From an uncultured Pseudomonadota bacterium (GTDB lineage Bacteria > Pseudomonadota > Alphaproteobacteria > JACZXZ01), in contig CAVVLJ010000021.1 in NCBI GenBank assembly GCA_963749075.1, forward strand, positions 672,001 through 736,000: a stretch of 64,000 nt of DNA, in the 5' to 3' direction. The translations under genes were made by a program, and so were the position numbers. Under the pieces are notes generated by a model. The model was not told where the DNA came from, searched no databases, and saw only the letters and a list, made by a program, of their open reading frames with translations. How positions within the stretch are numbered: the stretch's first letter is position 1; each line of letters starts with the position of its first letter. This document shows positions 11,264 to 20,850 of this stretch, piece by piece.

Positions 11264-12420
11264 GGCGCCTGGAAATAGCCGTCGAGCACGGCTTCGTAGA
11301 TGCGTGCGAGCTCCTCGAGATCGGCCGTGGCCACGCGCTCGTCCACCTTGTGCATGGTGCGGCCAACGAGGCCGAACTCGACGACCGGGCAATGGTCCTT
11401 GATGAAGCGCGCGTCGGAGGTGCCGCCCGTGGTGCTGAGCTCGGGCGTGAGCCCGGTCACCCGCTCGACCGCCGCGGCGACGGTTTGGCTCAAGGGGCCG
11501 GGTGCCGTGAGAAAGGCCGTGCCCGAGACCTGGATGGCGAGATCGTAGTCGGCGCTCACGGCGTCGAGGCGGCTCTTGAGCCAGCGCTCGAGGCTCGCCG
11601 GCGTGTGCGCGTCGTTGAAGCGGATGTTGAAAGAGGCCATGGCCTCGCCCGGGATGACGTTCGCCGCCGGATTGCCGATGTCGATGCTGGCGATCTCCAG
11701 CGTCGAGGGCTGGAAATGGGCGGTGCCCTCGTCGAGCGGCCCGCGGATGAGTGCTGCCAGCATGCGCACGATCTTGTGCGCGGCGTTGTCGGCGAGATGG
11801 GGATAGGCGGTGTGGCCCTGCACGCCGCGCACGGTGAGCCGCCCGTTCAAGCTGCCGCGGCGGCCGATCTTGATCATCTCGCCGAGCCGCGCGGGGTTGG
11901 TCGGCTCGCCCACGACGCAGGCGTCGAGCCGCTCGCCGTTCGCCGCCATCCACTCCAGCACCTTGCGCGTGCCGTTGATCGAGGGTCCCTCCTCGTCGCC
12001 GGTGATGAGGAGGCTGAGCGAGCCCGCGAAGCCGCCGCCGCGCCTGGCCAGGAAGCGGCTCGCCGCGGCGACGAAGGCGGCGATGGCACCCTTCATGTCC
12101 GCGGCACCACGGCCGTAGAGCTCGCCCGCCCTGAGCTCGGCGCCGAAGGGCTCGGCCGTCCACGCCTTGGCATTGCCCACCGGCACCACGTCGGTGTGGC
12201 CGGCGAAGCAGAAATTTGGCGCAGCACTGCCGATGCGGGCGTAGAGGTTCTCCACCTCCGGCGTGCCCGCTTGGCTGAAGGCCAAGCGGCGGCAGGCGAA
12301 GCCGAGGGCGGCGAGGCGGTCCTCGAGGAGGGCGAGTGCTCCGCCCTCGTGGGGTGTTACACTCGGGCAGCGGATGAGCGCCTGGGCGAGCTCGACCGGG
12401 TCGACGGCGACGTTGCCCAT
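11260..12420 (-). CDS. dapE: Succinyl-diaminopimelate desuccinylase
   Basis: [40 protein letters not shown]; start approximate. Confidence 0.96.
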   Translation of the reverse strand: MGNVAVDPVELAQALIRCPSVTPHEGGALALLEDRLAALGFACRRLAFSQAGTPEVENLYARIGSAAPNFCFAGHTDVVPVGNAKAWTAEPFGAELRAGELYGRGAADMKGAIAAFVAAASRFLARRGGGFAGSLSLLITGDEEGPSINGTRKVLEWMAANGERLDACVVGEPTNPARLGEMIKIGRRGSLNGRLTVRGVQGHTAYPHLADNAAHKIVRMLAALIRGPLDEGTAHFQPSTLEIASIDIGNPAANVIPGEAMASFNIRFNDAHTPASLERWLKSRLDAVSADYDLAIQVSGTAFLTAPGPLSQTVAAAVERVTGLTPELSTTGGTSDARFIKDHCPVVEFGLVGRTMHKVDERVATADLEELARIYEAVLDGYFQAP

Positions 12421-12458
12421 GGCTGCCATCGCGTGTGGTGCCATCTCGTGCGGCGTCC

Positions 12459-13316
12459 TCACGTGCGCAACAGCTCGTTGATCGAGGTCTTGGCGCGCGT
12501 GCGCTCGTCGACCCGCTTGACGATGACGCAGCAGTAGAGCGCCGGCGCTGTCTGGCCGTCGCGTGCGGGCTTGGCCGGCAGCGCACCCGGTACCACGACC
12601 GAATAGGCGGGCACGCGGCCGCTCAGCACCTCGCCCGTCTCGCGGTCGACGATCTTGGTGGCGGCACCTATGTAGCAGCCCATCGACAGCACGCTGCCGG
12701 TCTCGACCACCACCCCCTCGACCACCTCGCTGCGCGCGCCGATGAAGCAATCGTCCTCGATGATCACGGGTCCCGCCTGCAAGGGCTCGAGCACGCCGCC
12801 GATGCCGACCCCGCCGGAGAGGTGGCAGTTCTTGCCGATCTGGGCGCAGGAGCCGACGGTCGCCCAGGTGTCGACCATGGTGCCGGCGCCGACATGGGCG
12901 CCGAGGTTGACGAAAGAGGGCATGAGCACGACGCCGGGGGCGATATAGGCCGAGCGGCGCACGATCGAGCCCGGCACGGCGCGGAAGCCGGCTGCGCGGA
13001 AGCGCTTGTCGTCCCAGCCCGCGAACTTCGAGGGCACCTTGTCGAACCACGCAGCGCCGCCCGTCTCGGGCGCACCCGGTCCGCCGGGGATCGTCGCCAT
13101 GTCGTTCAGGCGGAAGGAGAGCAGCACCGCCTTCTTGGCCCACTGCCGCACGAGCCAGCCGCCGGGGCCTTTCTCCGCCACGCGCAAGCTCCCGGAATCG
13201 AGCGCCTCGAGTGCCGCCTCGACCGCCTCGCGCACCTCGCCCCGCGTCGCCGGAGTGAGCGCCTCGCGCGTCTCCCAGGCGGCGTCGATGACGCGTTCGA
13301 GCTCGAGGAAATCCAT
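12459..13316 (-). CDS. dapD: Tetrahydrodipicolinate N-succinyltransferase
   Basis: [48 protein letters not shown]. Confidence 0.97.
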   Translation of the reverse strand: MDFLELERVIDAAWETREALTPATRGEVREAVEAALEALDSGSLRVAEKGPGGWLVRQWAKKAVLLSFRLNDMATIPGGPGAPETGGAAWFDKVPSKFAGWDDKRFRAAGFRAVPGSIVRRSAYIAPGVVLMPSFVNLGAHVGAGTMVDTWATVGSCAQIGKNCHLSGGVGIGGVLEPLQAGPVIIEDDCFIGARSEVVEGVVVETGSVLSMGCYIGAATKIVDRETGEVLSGRVPAYSVVVPGALPAKPARDGQTAPALYCCVIVKRVDERTRAKTSINELLRT

Positions 13317-13473
13317 GGCGGGCGCTGCCTTAAGGATCGGATGCGGCGGCACAATGGGACAGCGCCGCCGCCCCTGTCAACCGGGCGGGGATGGCTACGC
13401 CCTTGTAAACCTCGCCGCCAGTCCCTCGAGGGTCGCGGTGGTCGCCTTAGCCTGGTTCACCGGGTCCGATAGC

Positions 13474-13545
13474 TCATTTGAACTTGCGGGCATTGTCGAG
13501 AATGTCGTTGAGATAGTCGATAAAGTCGCGCTCCGCGGGATTCAC
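13474..13545 (-). pseudogene. Truncated HepT/DUF86 (HEPN) toxin, first 23 codons only
   Basis: GTG overlaps the MNT stop. VNPAERDFIDYLNDILDNARK resembles a DUF86 N-terminus, then TGA with no continuation seen. Confidence 0.65.
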
Positions 13546-13835
13546 AGCATCACGACCTCGGACATGATCCGCCGGCCGATCCGTCGCCTGAGCGCGTCCT
13601 TCATGACGAGATCGACCTTGACGCCCAGGGCGTCGCTCAATGCCTGCTGAAGACCGGCGACTTCCAGGAGGCCGATCCCCTCGCCTAGCTCCACGAGCAC
13701 GTCCAGATCGCTCGACTCGGTTTGCCGCCCATGGACGCAGGAGCCGAAGACGCCCATCCCGCGAATGGGATAGCGGCGCCGCAGGTCCGGCTGCATGCGG
13801 CGCAATCGGCTGATGACTTCGTCGAGGCTGGGCAT
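13542..13835 (-). CDS. Minimal nucleotidyltransferase (MNT/MntA-type antitoxin)
   Basis: GVFGSCVHG..TESSDLDVLVE, LGVKVDLV; 97 aa. Confidence 0.9.
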   Translation of the reverse strand: MPSLDEVISRLRRMQPDLRRRYPIRGMGVFGSCVHGRQTESSDLDVLVELGEGIGLLEVAGLQQALSDALGVKVDLVMKDALRRRIGRRIMSEVVML

Positions 13836-13889
13836 GAGCGTCGCCTTTCCGCGTCCGCATCATACGCGAAAGAGGGCCCGGTTGCCAGT

Positions 13890-14597
13890 TCAGGGCGCTG
13901 CGCCGCGCGCCGCGAGGACCGCTTCGAGGAAGCCCGTGAGATCGTCCGTGCGGTGATGGATGTGGGCGTCCGTCTCGTCGAGTTTGCCGAACTCGCTCTC
14001 GGCCATGAGCCAAACGGTCGTCATGCCGAGGGCCGCGGCCGGCTCGAGGTTGCGCGGGATGTCGTCGACCATGGCGGCCGCCTCGGGGGCGATGCCGTGG
14101 CGCTCGATGAGGAGGCGGTAGGAGGCCGGGTCGGGCTTGGGGAGGAAGCCGGCCGCGACCACGTCGAAGACGGCCTCGAAGTGGTGGCGCACGCCCAGGC
14201 GCGCCATCACCTTCTCCGCATGGTCGGCGGAGCCGTTGGTGAAGACGAGCTTGCGCCCGGCCAAGCGGCCGAGGGCGGCGTCGAGGGCGGGCGCCGCCGG
14301 CACCGCGCTGCGGTCGATCTCGTGCACGTAGTCGAGGAACTCGTGCGGGTCGACGCCGTGCTCGCTCATGAGGCCGCGCAGCGTCGTGCCGTGCGCGCGG
14401 AAATACTGCTTCTGCAGCGCCCGCGCGGCCTCAGGCTCGAGCCCGAAGCGCTCGGCGATGAAGGCGCCGATGCGGCGGTCGACCTGGTCGAAGAGCCGGC
14501 ACGACGCCGGATAGAGCGTGTTGTCGAGATCGAAGATCCACACCTCGACGTGGGCGAGGGAGAGGGGGGGCGCTCCTGGGTCGTGTCGCGCGGTCAT
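13890..14597 (-). CDS. Pyrimidine 5'-nucleotidase (HAD superfamily)
   Basis: WIFDLDNTLYP, HGTTLRGLM, VFTNGS, PKPDP, MVDDIPRNL; usual argB-dapD neighbour. Confidence 0.9.
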   Translation of the reverse strand: MTARHDPGAPPLSLAHVEVWIFDLDNTLYPASCRLFDQVDRRIGAFIAERFGLEPEAARALQKQYFRAHGTTLRGLMSEHGVDPHEFLDYVHEIDRSAVPAAPALDAALGRLAGRKLVFTNGSADHAEKVMARLGVRHHFEAVFDVVAAGFLPKPDPASYRLLIERHGIAPEAAAMVDDIPRNLEPAAALGMTTVWLMAESEFGKLDETDAHIHHRTDDLTGFLEAVLAARGAAP

Positions 14598-14636
14598 TGG
14601 CTTGCTTGACAAGGGGAGTGCTCGGCCGACGCGGCG

Positions 14637-15049
14637 CTAATCCGACATTGGCCGCGCGCGCCAGGATGCGGCCGCCGCGAGCTCGACGGCGTGCTGCTTC
14701 TGGATGTCGCGGCCCTCGCTGGCATGGGGGACATTCAATTCGATCTCGGCGTGATAGGGATTGCCCGGTAACGGCGCCGGTCGGACGCTTCTCCGGCCTC
14801 GAGCGGCATTTGCGCCGTCACGGCGGCCCAACCATGAAACGCCTGTCTTCGCTGCTGGGCATTTGCATCCCCTATTTCTGCCAATACTGTGTCGTCGGCA
14901 AGGCCCAACTTGTCCACGGAGAGCGTCTCGGCCTCGAGCTACTCGAGAAATATCTTGTGCGCGACGTTGACTCGCGCGGCCCCGACTGCGTCTCTTTGCG
15001 AAAACACCTCGCGCCCGAGCAGGTCCGCCGGCCGTATGGGCTCGGTCAC
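14637..15049 (-). pseudogene. Disrupted hypothetical gene (possible ART/RES-like toxin fold)
   Basis: GTG at 15049 overlaps the upstream stop; in-frame TAG at 14939-14941; frameshift near 14815. Joined reading contains LSVDKL...FHGWAAV...NPYHAEI. Confidence 0.55.
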
Positions 15050-15477
15050 ACCGAAGTCATGCGACTGAGCTCGGCCCGGACGAACGCATCGGGGACCGCG
15101 CTTGCACGGTCATATCGCGCTCTGCGGTTCTCGCCGGCAATGGAGGAGAGGCACATCGCGCCGCCGGACGCATCGCAAAGCACGAGCACCGCTGCGGGTA
15201 CATCGCGCCTCTGAAACATGATGCCGATTTCGCCGTCCTCCGTGGGATAGGCCGCCGGGCATGGCAAGGAGCCGCCGGCCAGACCGCGAAGAATTCGCCG
15301 CGCATGGGTCTTGGCCGAAGCGGATGGCTCCGGATAGCCTTCCTCGAGCGCTTCCTCCTCCACGCGCGCAAGCTCGCCGAGAGCGTCCGCGAGCCATGCC
15401 GCAACGTGCAAGTTACGCTGCCGATCCCTCCCGATCGTCATCCAGAAACTCCCAGCATGCGCTCCCTCCGCTGGCAT
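15046..15477 (-). CDS. Hypothetical protein (putative antitoxin-like partner)
   Basis: 143-aa ORF with YPTEDGEIGIMF, translationally coupled to the downstream pseudogene. Confidence 0.6.
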   Translation of the reverse strand: MPAEGAHAGSFWMTIGRDRQRNLHVAAWLADALGELARVEEEALEEGYPEPSASAKTHARRILRGLAGGSLPCPAAYPTEDGEIGIMFQRRDVPAAVLVLCDASGGAMCLSSIAGENRRARYDRASAVPDAFVRAELSRMTSV

Positions 15478-15628
15478 GACTCACCGAAGCGGCTAGTCGC
15501 GAGTCTCGACGATAACCCGCATGAGGGCACCAAAACCAATCTGCCATAGCGCAGGACAGCGGACAAGCGTTGCACCGCGCGCCGCGCAGGCAATCGGGCG
15601 GCAATGGAGCAGCCGCGGTCGGCCTGCC

Positions 15629-16540
15629 TCAGCCCCGCGCGATCATGGTGCCGACGCCCGTCGCGGTGAAGACCTCGAGCAGCAGCACGTGCTGCACGCG
15701 GCCGTCGAGGATGACCGCGGCCTCGACGCCGCCCTCGACCGCCGCCAGGCAGGTCTCGACCTTGGGGATCATGCCGCCGCTGATGGTGCCATCGGCGATG
15801 AGCTCGTGCACCTGGCGCACCGTGAGGTCGGCCAGGAGCTCGCCCTCCTTGTCGAGCACGCCGGGCACGTCGGTCAGGAGATAGAGGCGCGCGGCACCCG
15901 CGGCGGCGGCGATGGCGCCGGCCACCGTGTCGGCATTGATGTTGTAGGTCTCGCCGTCGGGTCCGGCGCCCACGGGTGCGATCACGGGGATGATTTTCGA
16001 GTTCTTGAAGATCTGCAGCACCTCGGTGTTGATGCGCGCGGGCTCGCCCACGTAGCCAAGGTCGAGCACCTCCTCGATGCGCGAATCGGGATCGCGCTTG
16101 GCGCGCGCGAGCTTGCGCGCGACCACGAGGTTGCCGTCCTTGCCCGAGAGCCCGACGGCGAGGCCGCCGGCGCGGTTGATGGCACCCACGATCTCCTTGT
16201 TGATCTTGCCCGAGAGCACCATCTCGACGACCTCGACGGTGGCCGCGTCGGTGACGCGCAGGCCGTCCACGAAGGAGCTCGCGATGTTGAGGCGCTTGAG
16301 CATCTCGCCGATCTGCGGGCCGCCGCCGTGCACGACGATGGGGTCGATGCCGATCTGCTTGAGCAACACGATGTCGCGCGCGAAGTTCTCGGCCAGCCGC
16401 TCGTCGCCCATGGCGTGGCCGCCGTACTTGATGACGAAGCTCTTGCCGGCGTAGCGCCGCATGTAGGGCAGCGCCTCCGAGAGGATGCCGGCCTTGGCGA
16501 GCCACTCGATGTGCCGCGTGCGATGGTCCTTGGTCGCCAT
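15629..16540 (-). CDS. argB: Acetylglutamate kinase
   Basis: [37 protein letters not shown]. Confidence 0.97.
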   Translation of the reverse strand: MATKDHRTRHIEWLAKAGILSEALPYMRRYAGKSFVIKYGGHAMGDERLAENFARDIVLLKQIGIDPIVVHGGGPQIGEMLKRLNIASSFVDGLRVTDAATVEVVEMVLSGKINKEIVGAINRAGGLAVGLSGKDGNLVVARKLARAKRDPDSRIEEVLDLGYVGEPARINTEVLQIFKNSKIIPVIAPVGAGPDGETYNINADTVAGAIAAAAGAARLYLLTDVPGVLDKEGELLADLTVRQVHELIADGTISGGMIPKVETCLAAVEGGVEAAVILDGRVQHVLLLEVFTATGVGTMIARG

Positions 16541-16551
16541 GGGCGCGGACT

Positions 16552-17220
16552 TTAGCCGAACTGCCGGCCGCCTGCCAGCGCTGCGAGAACGGCGCGCAGC
16601 TCGGGAATGCCGCGTCCGCCCGCCGCACTCGTCGGCAGGGTCTCCGGGTGCCCGGCTGGATGCCGCGCGAGCTCGCCCGCGAGTGCGGTCGAGCACGCGG
16701 CAAGCGCCGCCTCGCTGCATTGGTCCGACTTGGTGAGCACGAGCTGGAAGCCGACCGCGGCCTCGTCGAGCCGCCCCATCATCTCGCGGTCGCTCTCCTT
16801 GAGCCCGTGGCGCGCATCGACGAGCAGCATGAGGCGCTTGAGGCTCGCGCGCCCGCGCAAGTAAGCGCCGATGAGGCGCTGCCAGGCCGCGGTCTCGGAT
16901 TTCGACACCTTGGCATAGCCGTAGCCCGGCATGTCCACGAGGAGGAGCTTGCCGCCCAAATCGAAGAAATTGAGCTGGCGCGTGCGGCCGGGCGTATTCG
17001 AGATGCGCGCCAGGCCCTTGCGTCCGGCGAGCGCGTTGATGAGGCTCGACTTGCCGACGTTCGAGCGGCCGGCGAAGGCGACCTCCGGCAGCGTCGCCGC
17101 CGGCAGCCCTCCGGCATCGGTCGCGGCGAAGACGAAGCGCACCTCGCCCGCGAAGAGGCGGCGGCCGGCCTCGAGCGCCGCCGCCTTCTCGGCGGCCTCC
17201 GCTCTGCCGGCCTCCGTCAG
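16552..17220 (-). CDS. engB: Ribosome biogenesis GTPase YihA/YsxC
   Basis: [31 protein letters not shown]; start uncertain (CTG overlapping the yidC stop). Confidence 0.93.
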   Translation of the reverse strand: MTEAGRAEAAEKAAALEAGRRLFAGEVRFVFAATDAGGLPAATLPEVAFAGRSNVGKSSLINALAGRKGLARISNTPGRTRQLNFFDLGGKLLLVDMPGYGYAKVSKSETAAWQRLIGAYLRGRASLKRLMLLVDARHGLKESDREMMGRLDEAAVGFQLVLTKSDQCSEAALAACSTALAGELARHPAGHPETLPTSAAGGRGIPELRAVLAALAGGRQFG

Positions 17221-18983
17221 GGCTTGACCCCGGCGCGGCGCATGATGAGCCATTGCTGCAGGATCGAGAGGCAGTTGTTCCACGCCCAATAGATCACCAG
17301 CCCCGAGGGGAAGCGCGCCAGCATGAAGGTGAAGACGACCGGCAGCACCATGAACATCTTGGCCTGCACGGGATCGGCCGGCGCCGGGTTGAGCTTCTGC
17401 TGCGCCCACATGGTGAGGCCCATGATGAGCGGCCAGACGCCGATCATGAGGAAGGGAGGCGGCATCCAGGGGATGAGCCCGAAGAGGTTGAAGACGGTCG
17501 ACGGGTCCGGCACCGAGAGGTCGTGGATCCAGCCGTAGAACGGCGCCTGGCGCATCTCGATGGTGACGAAGAGCACCTTGTAGAGCGAGAAGAACACCGG
17601 GATCTGGATCACCATGGGGAGGCACCCCGAGGCCGGGTTGGCCTTCTCGCGCTTGTAGAGCTCCATCATCTCCTTGTTCATGCGCTCGCGGTCGTCCTTG
17701 AAGCGCTCGCGGATTTTCACCATCTCGGGCTGCAGCTTCTTGAGCTTGCTCATCGAGCGGTAGGATTTGTTGGCGAGCGGGAAGAACAGGCCCTTGATGA
17801 TGACGGTGAGCAGCAGGATGGCGATGCCGAAGTTGCCGACCAGCTTGTTGAGATAGTCGAGCAGATAGAAGATCGGCTTGGTGAAAAACCAGTACCACCC
17901 CCAGTCGATCGCGTAGGAGAGCCGGACGATGCCGTCCTTCTCCTCATAGCGGTCGAGCAGGTGGACCTCCTTGGGCCCCGCGAACATGCGGCTCGAGGCT
18001 TGCGCGGACTGTCCGGGCTCGACGGTGAGCCCCGCGGTCGTCACGTAGTCGGCCTGGTACTTGTTGCGTCCGCCCGTGACGGTGTCGCTGAAGCGGCCGC
18101 GGATCGCGACTTTCTGATCCGGGATGAGGACGACGAGCCAGTATTTGTCCGTGAAGCCGAGCCAGCCGCCGGTCGTGGTGTCCGCGAAGGGGGCCTTCAC
18201 AAGGTCGCCGTATTTGATTTTCGCGTGATCGAGGAAGGAGCCGTCATGAAGGACGCCGTTGAACACGCAGAGCGGCCCCTCGGTGAGGATATAATAGCTG
18301 GTCGTCGGCGGATTGCCGCTGCGCGAGACGAGCCCGTAGGGGAAGAGCGTCACCGGCGCCGAGCCGTTGTTCTCCACTTTCTGGGTGATCTGCAGCATGT
18401 ACTCGTCGTCGACCGCGTAGGTGCGCAGGAAGGTGAGGCCCGCGCCGTTGTCCCAGCTGAGCGTCACGGGGGTCTGAGGCGTCAAGTTGGTGCGGTCGGC
18501 CCGCCACAGGGTGTCGGCGTCCGGCAGCTTGACGCCCGAGCCGCCCGCCACCCAGCCGAACTCGGCGTAATAGGCGTCGGTCATGCCGGGCGGGGTAAGG
18601 AGGATGATCTTCGGACTCTTGGGATCGACCGTCTCGCGGTAGTCGGCCAGCACGAGGTTGTCGAGGCGGGCGCCCTTGAGCGCGATCGAGCCCTTGAGCC
18701 GCGGGGTCGCGATGACGACGCGCGGGCTCTCGGCGAGGAGGGCGGCCTTGTCCGGTGCCGCGGCTGCGGCCGCCGCCGCCGCCGCCGCGGGCTGTCCGCC
18801 CGGCACGGGAGGTGCCGTCGCCGCGGGAGCCGCCTCTTTCGCGCCATGCTCGGCGGTCGCGTGCGGCAGCGCCTGCTGGCGCTCGCGCTCCTTCTCGTGG
18901 CGCGGCATCTCGACGAGGAACTGGAAGCCAAGCACGATCGCGATGGAGAGGAGGATCGCCGCGATCAGGTTGCGTTGTTCCAT
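17217..18983 (-). CDS. yidC: Membrane protein insertase YidC
   Basis: [38 protein letters not shown]. Confidence 0.97.
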   Translation of the reverse strand: MEQRNLIAAILLSIAIVLGFQFLVEMPRHEKERERQQALPHATAEHGAKEAAPAATAPPVPGGQPAAAAAAAAAAAPDKAALLAESPRVVIATPRLKGSIALKGARLDNLVLADYRETVDPKSPKIILLTPPGMTDAYYAEFGWVAGGSGVKLPDADTLWRADRTNLTPQTPVTLSWDNGAGLTFLRTYAVDDEYMLQITQKVENNGSAPVTLFPYGLVSRSGNPPTTSYYILTEGPLCVFNGVLHDGSFLDHAKIKYGDLVKAPFADTTTGGWLGFTDKYWLVVLIPDQKVAIRGRFSDTVTGGRNKYQADYVTTAGLTVEPGQSAQASSRMFAGPKEVHLLDRYEEKDGIVRLSYAIDWGWYWFFTKPIFYLLDYLNKLVGNFGIAILLLTVIIKGLFFPLANKSYRSMSKLKKLQPEMVKIRERFKDDRERMNKEMMELYKREKANPASGCLPMVIQIPVFFSLYKVLFVTIEMRQAPFYGWIHDLSVPDPSTVFNLFGLIPWMPPPFLMIGVWPLIMGLTMWAQQKLNPAPADPVQAKMFMVLPVVFTFMLARFPSGLVIYWAWNNCLSILQQWLIMRRAGVKP

Positions 18984-19047
18984 CAGGGTCCGCTTCCAGG
19001 CTGTCGGGCGTCGTCAGGGGCTGCGGCCCGCGCGCTGCGGCGGCACC

Positions 19048-19314
19048 TCAAGAGGGGCCGCCGGAGGGGAGCCGCGATAGAGATTCCTCGCCCTTCCCGG
19101 GCAGCGGATCGTAGCCGCCGGCGCTCCACGGGTGGCAGCGCAGGAGCCGTCTCAGCGCCAGGAGCGAGCCCTTCACGGCACCCTCCTCCCGGAGTGCTGC
19201 CAGCGCATAGTTGGAGCAGCTCGGATGGAAGCGGCAGGCGCTCGGCAGGAGCGGGCTTAAGAGGAGCTGATAGCCGCGCACGAGCGCTGCGAGGAGCCGG
19301 GTGATCGCCGTCAT
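19048..19314 (-). CDS. yidD: Membrane protein insertion efficiency factor
   Basis: YQLLLSP..CRFHPSCSNYA..RCHPW..GGYDP. Confidence 0.95.
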   Translation of the reverse strand: MTAITRLLAALVRGYQLLLSPLLPSACRFHPSCSNYALAALREEGAVKGSLLALRRLLRCHPWSAGGYDPLPGKGEESLSRLPSGGPS

Positions 19315-19431
19315 GGTCGAGCCTCTATGATGCTTGCCGGCAGCACCCTGCGGCAGCTTGCCGCAGCGCCGCCCGAGCGTGCGCCGCTCGTTCGTCGGCA
19401 GGCGAACTCTTACACCCTTCCCCCATCGCCG

Positions 19432-19806
19432 TCACGCCTTGGCGCCGCCGACGCCAAGGCGCTCGAGGGCGGTCCGCAGGTCCTCGAGGAGCGCCGCGAA
19501 GGGCCGCCGAAGCGTGCCCGCGCGCGCGACGAGGACGAGGTCGTAGCCGGCTGCGGCAGCGGCCGGCAGGAGGCGGCGAGCCGCCTCGCGCAGACGCCGC
19601 CGCGCGCGGTTGCGGGCCACCGCTCCCCCCACCTTGCGGCTCGCGGTGAGGCCGAGGCGCACCTCATGCGCCGGCACGCTGGCGGGCTCCGCCGGCTTGC
19701 GCTGGTAGGCCTGGAGGATCAGCCCCGGCGCCACCCATTTGCGCCGGGCGGCGGCGACCCGCAGGAATTCCGGGCGCCGCTTGAGGCGGCCGAGCGGCTC
19801 GGCCAT
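19432..19806 (-). CDS. rnpA: Ribonuclease P protein component
   Basis: RLKRRPEF, RLGLTASRKVGGAVARNRARRRLR. Confidence 0.95.
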   Translation of the reverse strand: MAEPLGRLKRRPEFLRVAAARRKWVAPGLILQAYQRKPAEPASVPAHEVRLGLTASRKVGGAVARNRARRRLREAARRLLPAAAAAGYDLVLVARAGTLRRPFAALLEDLRTALERLGVGGAKA

Positions 19807-19811
19807 GGCGC

Positions 19812-19946
19812 TCAGGCCGAGAGGCGCTTGCGCCCCTTGGCCCGGCGTGCCGCGAGGACGTTGCGCCCGCCGACCGTCTTCATGCGCGCACGGAAGCCGT
19901 GCCGGCGCTTGCGCACGAGGCGGCTCGGCTGATAGGTTCGCTTCAC
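19812..19946 (-). CDS. rpmH: 50S ribosomal protein L34 (below the ORF-track cut-off)
   Basis: Manual translation: (M)[43 protein letters not shown]. Confidence 0.97.
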   Translation of the reverse strand: MKRTYQPSRLVRKRRHGFRARMKTVGGRNVLAARRAKGRKRLSA

Positions 19947-20074
19947 GGGTCTTTCCTCCGTCGATCGAGGCGGGCTTTGTAGGGGCTCCGGCCGGCGCTG
20001 TCAATTGCGCGCCTGGCGCTAAACTTGCCGGGCCTTGGCCGCATTAGGGTGCTGCATGCCTGCCGGCGTCGGTT

Positions 20075-20815
20075 ATGATCGCCGCCATGCGCGCACCGGA
20101 GCAATCGACGGCAGGTCCCTTCCCGCTCAAGCGCTGGCTGCCGCTCGCCGTGCTGCTCCTCGGCCTCGCCCTCTTCTTCGCCCTCGGCGGGGAGCGCTAC
20201 GTGAGCTTCGAGACGCTGCGCGAGCGCCGCAGCGAGCTCATGCAGTTCGTCGCCGCCCACGCCCTCTTGGCCCCGCTTTGCTATCTGCTGGCCTACGCGG
20301 CGATGGCGGCCTTCTCGCTTCCCGGCGGAGCCGTCATGACCGTGCTCGGCGGCTTCCTCTTCGGGCCCTATGCCGGCACCGCCTATACCGTGGTGGGGGC
20401 GACGCTCGGTGCCTCCGTGGTCTTCCTCGTGGCGAAGAGCGCCTTCGGCGCCGTGCTCGCCGCCAGGGCCGGGCCGCAGCTCTCCAAGATGGAGGCGGGC
20501 TTCGGGAGGAATGCCTTGAGCTATCTTCTCGTGCTCCGCCTGGTGCCGCTCTTCCCCTTCTGGCTCGTCAATCTCGTCCCCGCCGTGCTCAACGTCCCGC
20601 TCGGCACCTATGTCCTCGGCACCTTTCTCGGCATCATTCCCGGGAGCTTCGTCTTCGCCCTTCTGGGCAGCGGCGTCGGCAGCGTTCTGGAAGCGGGCGA
20701 GCGGCCCGACCTCGGCGTCATTTTTCAGGGGAGGGTGCTTCTGGCACTCTCAGGCCTCGCGCTCCTCGCACTCCTGCCGGTCGCCTGCAAGGCGCTCAGG
20801 GCGAGGCGGCGCTGA
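20075..20815 (+). CDS. TVP38/TMEM64 (DedA/VTT) family membrane protein
   Basis: FSLPGGAVMTVLGGFLFG, LRLVPLFPFWLVNL, TFLGIIPG. Confidence 0.9.
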   Translation: MIAAMRAPEQSTAGPFPLKRWLPLAVLLLGLALFFALGGERYVSFETLRERRSELMQFVAAHALLAPLCYLLAYAAMAAFSLPGGAVMTVLGGFLFGPYAGTAYTVVGATLGASVVFLVAKSAFGAVLAARAGPQLSKMEAGFGRNALSYLLVLRLVPLFPFWLVNLVPAVLNVPLGTYVLGTFLGIIPGSFVFALLGSGVGSVLEAGERPDLGVIFQGRVLLALSGLALLALLPVACKALRARRR

Positions 20816-20850
20816 GGTGCCGAGGCGGGCAGCAGGCGGAGGGAGAAGCG

